64,000 bases of DNA from the NCBI GenBank assembly GCA_010093815.1, contig ML996588.1. The stretch is one strand, 5' to 3'. The position numbers were made by a program, and so were the translations under genes. Source of the stretch: Pseudovirgaria hyperparasitica (lineage: Eukaryota). Positions 62,641 to 64,000 of this stretch are shown here, piece after piece (the stretch's first letter is position 1; every line of letters begins with the position of its first letter). The notes under the pieces were generated by a model, which worked only from the letters and a program-made list of their open reading frames with translations, had not been told where the DNA came from and searched no databases.

Positions 62641-64000
62641 ATCTAGTAATCTATAGAATATATAGATAAAGAAGAGGAAGACTATATAGTCTTAAGAGAG
62701 AATAGAAAAGAAATTCATTCTATAGAAAGAAAAGAATAAAAAAAGAGAGAGAGAACTAAATACTAAAGAAAAAGGCCTAGAGACTAGTATATTCTAATAG
62801 ACCTATAGATTAGTCTAATAGAGCCCTAATACTAACGCCGGAAGAATACCGCCTATACTATAATAGAAGGTTAGTAAGAGAATTTAACTAGATTCTAGAA
62901 TTAAACTTATATTTAACTCTACTAGGCTACTATATTAGTTATCTAAGTAGTTATCTAGAAGGCAACGGTACTAAAAGTATAGTTAGTAATTATTTATCTA
63001 GAGAGTCTAAATAGTCTTATATAGGAAGTAGACTAGCTACTTATAAGGGCTATAAAGTCTTTATAGCTTTTAGAATCTAGGCGAGGTTCTTATAGATATC
63101 TAGTCTAAACTAACTATTAGCCGGGCGTTAAAATATAGAACTAGAAGAGAAAAGAACTTACGCCCTAGTATTAGCTAACCGAGTCTATACTATATAAGTA
63201 ATATAAGTAATCTCCGGCCTAAAATACTCGGTTAGTAGTTATTATAATAAGGGTTTCTAAGTTAGCTTATAGATTCTAGTAATTTACCTTTCTTAGGGTA
63301 TAACGAGTATAGAAGTAACTTTAGTTTAACTAAGCGAATTAGCGGAGCCTAATATAAATAATATAGAGTCTAATACTTACTACTTAGTTAGTATAGTCTT
63401 TACTAGCTAGAGTATAGCTCTAGTAGTAGATAATATTATTTATCTATAGAACCCGAGCGTTAGTAACTAGACCCTAACTAGATAAGAAAGAAGAATCTAA
63501 TCTTATAATAGAGAAGAATAAGATTATTAAGGTCTAGAAAAATAGAAGAGAAGCTATACCTTTATACTCGGGACCCTTAAAATTATAAATAGATCTTCGT
63601 AAATAGAATATTATAAATAAGATATCTATAATATATAAATATCTATTTATATATAACTCCGGAACGTATAAATAACTCTTATTTATATACTCTTAATAGA
63701 TAAGTAAATAGTTCCGGCGTATATAATAATAGACACCCTATTAACCGAGAAGCACCTGGTAAGAGATAGATTAATATAAAAATAGTCCTTAATTAAAGAA
63801 CTAAACCCTTTCTTCTATATACTTAATAATAGGTCTAAGGCCTAAGGAGTTATAGGGCTAAAGCCTAAGAAGATATAGGGCTAAATTAAAGTAGATACAC
63901 GGATAGTAAGTCTAGTAAAATTTTACTAGACTTACTACACGAATATATATATTAAATCTAAGTAGCCTAGCTTATAGAGAGTACTATACACGGTAGCGAT
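62641..64000. mobile_element. Unclassified RIP-degraded repeat
   Basis: Same RIP dinucleotide signature. It does not match the putative 5' LTR and no domain was confidently recognised. Confidence 0.5.

Larger units (their letters stand above)
55350..64000. repeat. AT-rich block of RIP-degraded transposons
   Basis: Abrupt drop in GC just after the PKS stop, strong TpA excess, near-absence of CpA/TpG, and no ORF of 60 aa or more in the provided track. Confidence 0.95.

Overview
Genomic DNA of a filamentous ascomycete (short GT-AG introns, RIP-mutated repeats) in three zones. (1) 1-25 kb is a mixed housekeeping/accessory region: a Zn2Cys6 regulator, a divergent AtuA/DUF1446 + family-III CoA-transferase pair, a Poa1-like macrodomain, the Rieske subunit RIP1, a small secreted protein with M15/LAS-type zinc-peptidase motifs, a RidA-family protein, a secreted FAD oxidase, a PEBP and a ModF-like ABC ATPase. 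It also holds an unexplained ~1.2-kb non-coding fold-back (about 3520-4745) with many nested helices and plus-strand G-U pairs. (2) 26.8-55.3 kb is an apparently intact 11-gene terpene-polyketide cluster: aristolochene synthase, four P450s, two SDRs, a FAD oxidase, a Tri101-type acyltransferase, a Zn2Cys6 regulator and a TE-less highly reducing PKS. It is predicted to make a polyketide ester of an oxidised eremophilane. On its left is a ~940-bp tRNA-headed SINE-like insertion with a 15-bp target-site duplication. (3) 55.35-64 kb is an AT-rich RIP-ruined repeat block: two (AAT)n-tailed repeat copies, an assembly gap and a decayed Ty3/gypsy chromovirus. Gene models and splice sites were read by eye and no database searches were run.
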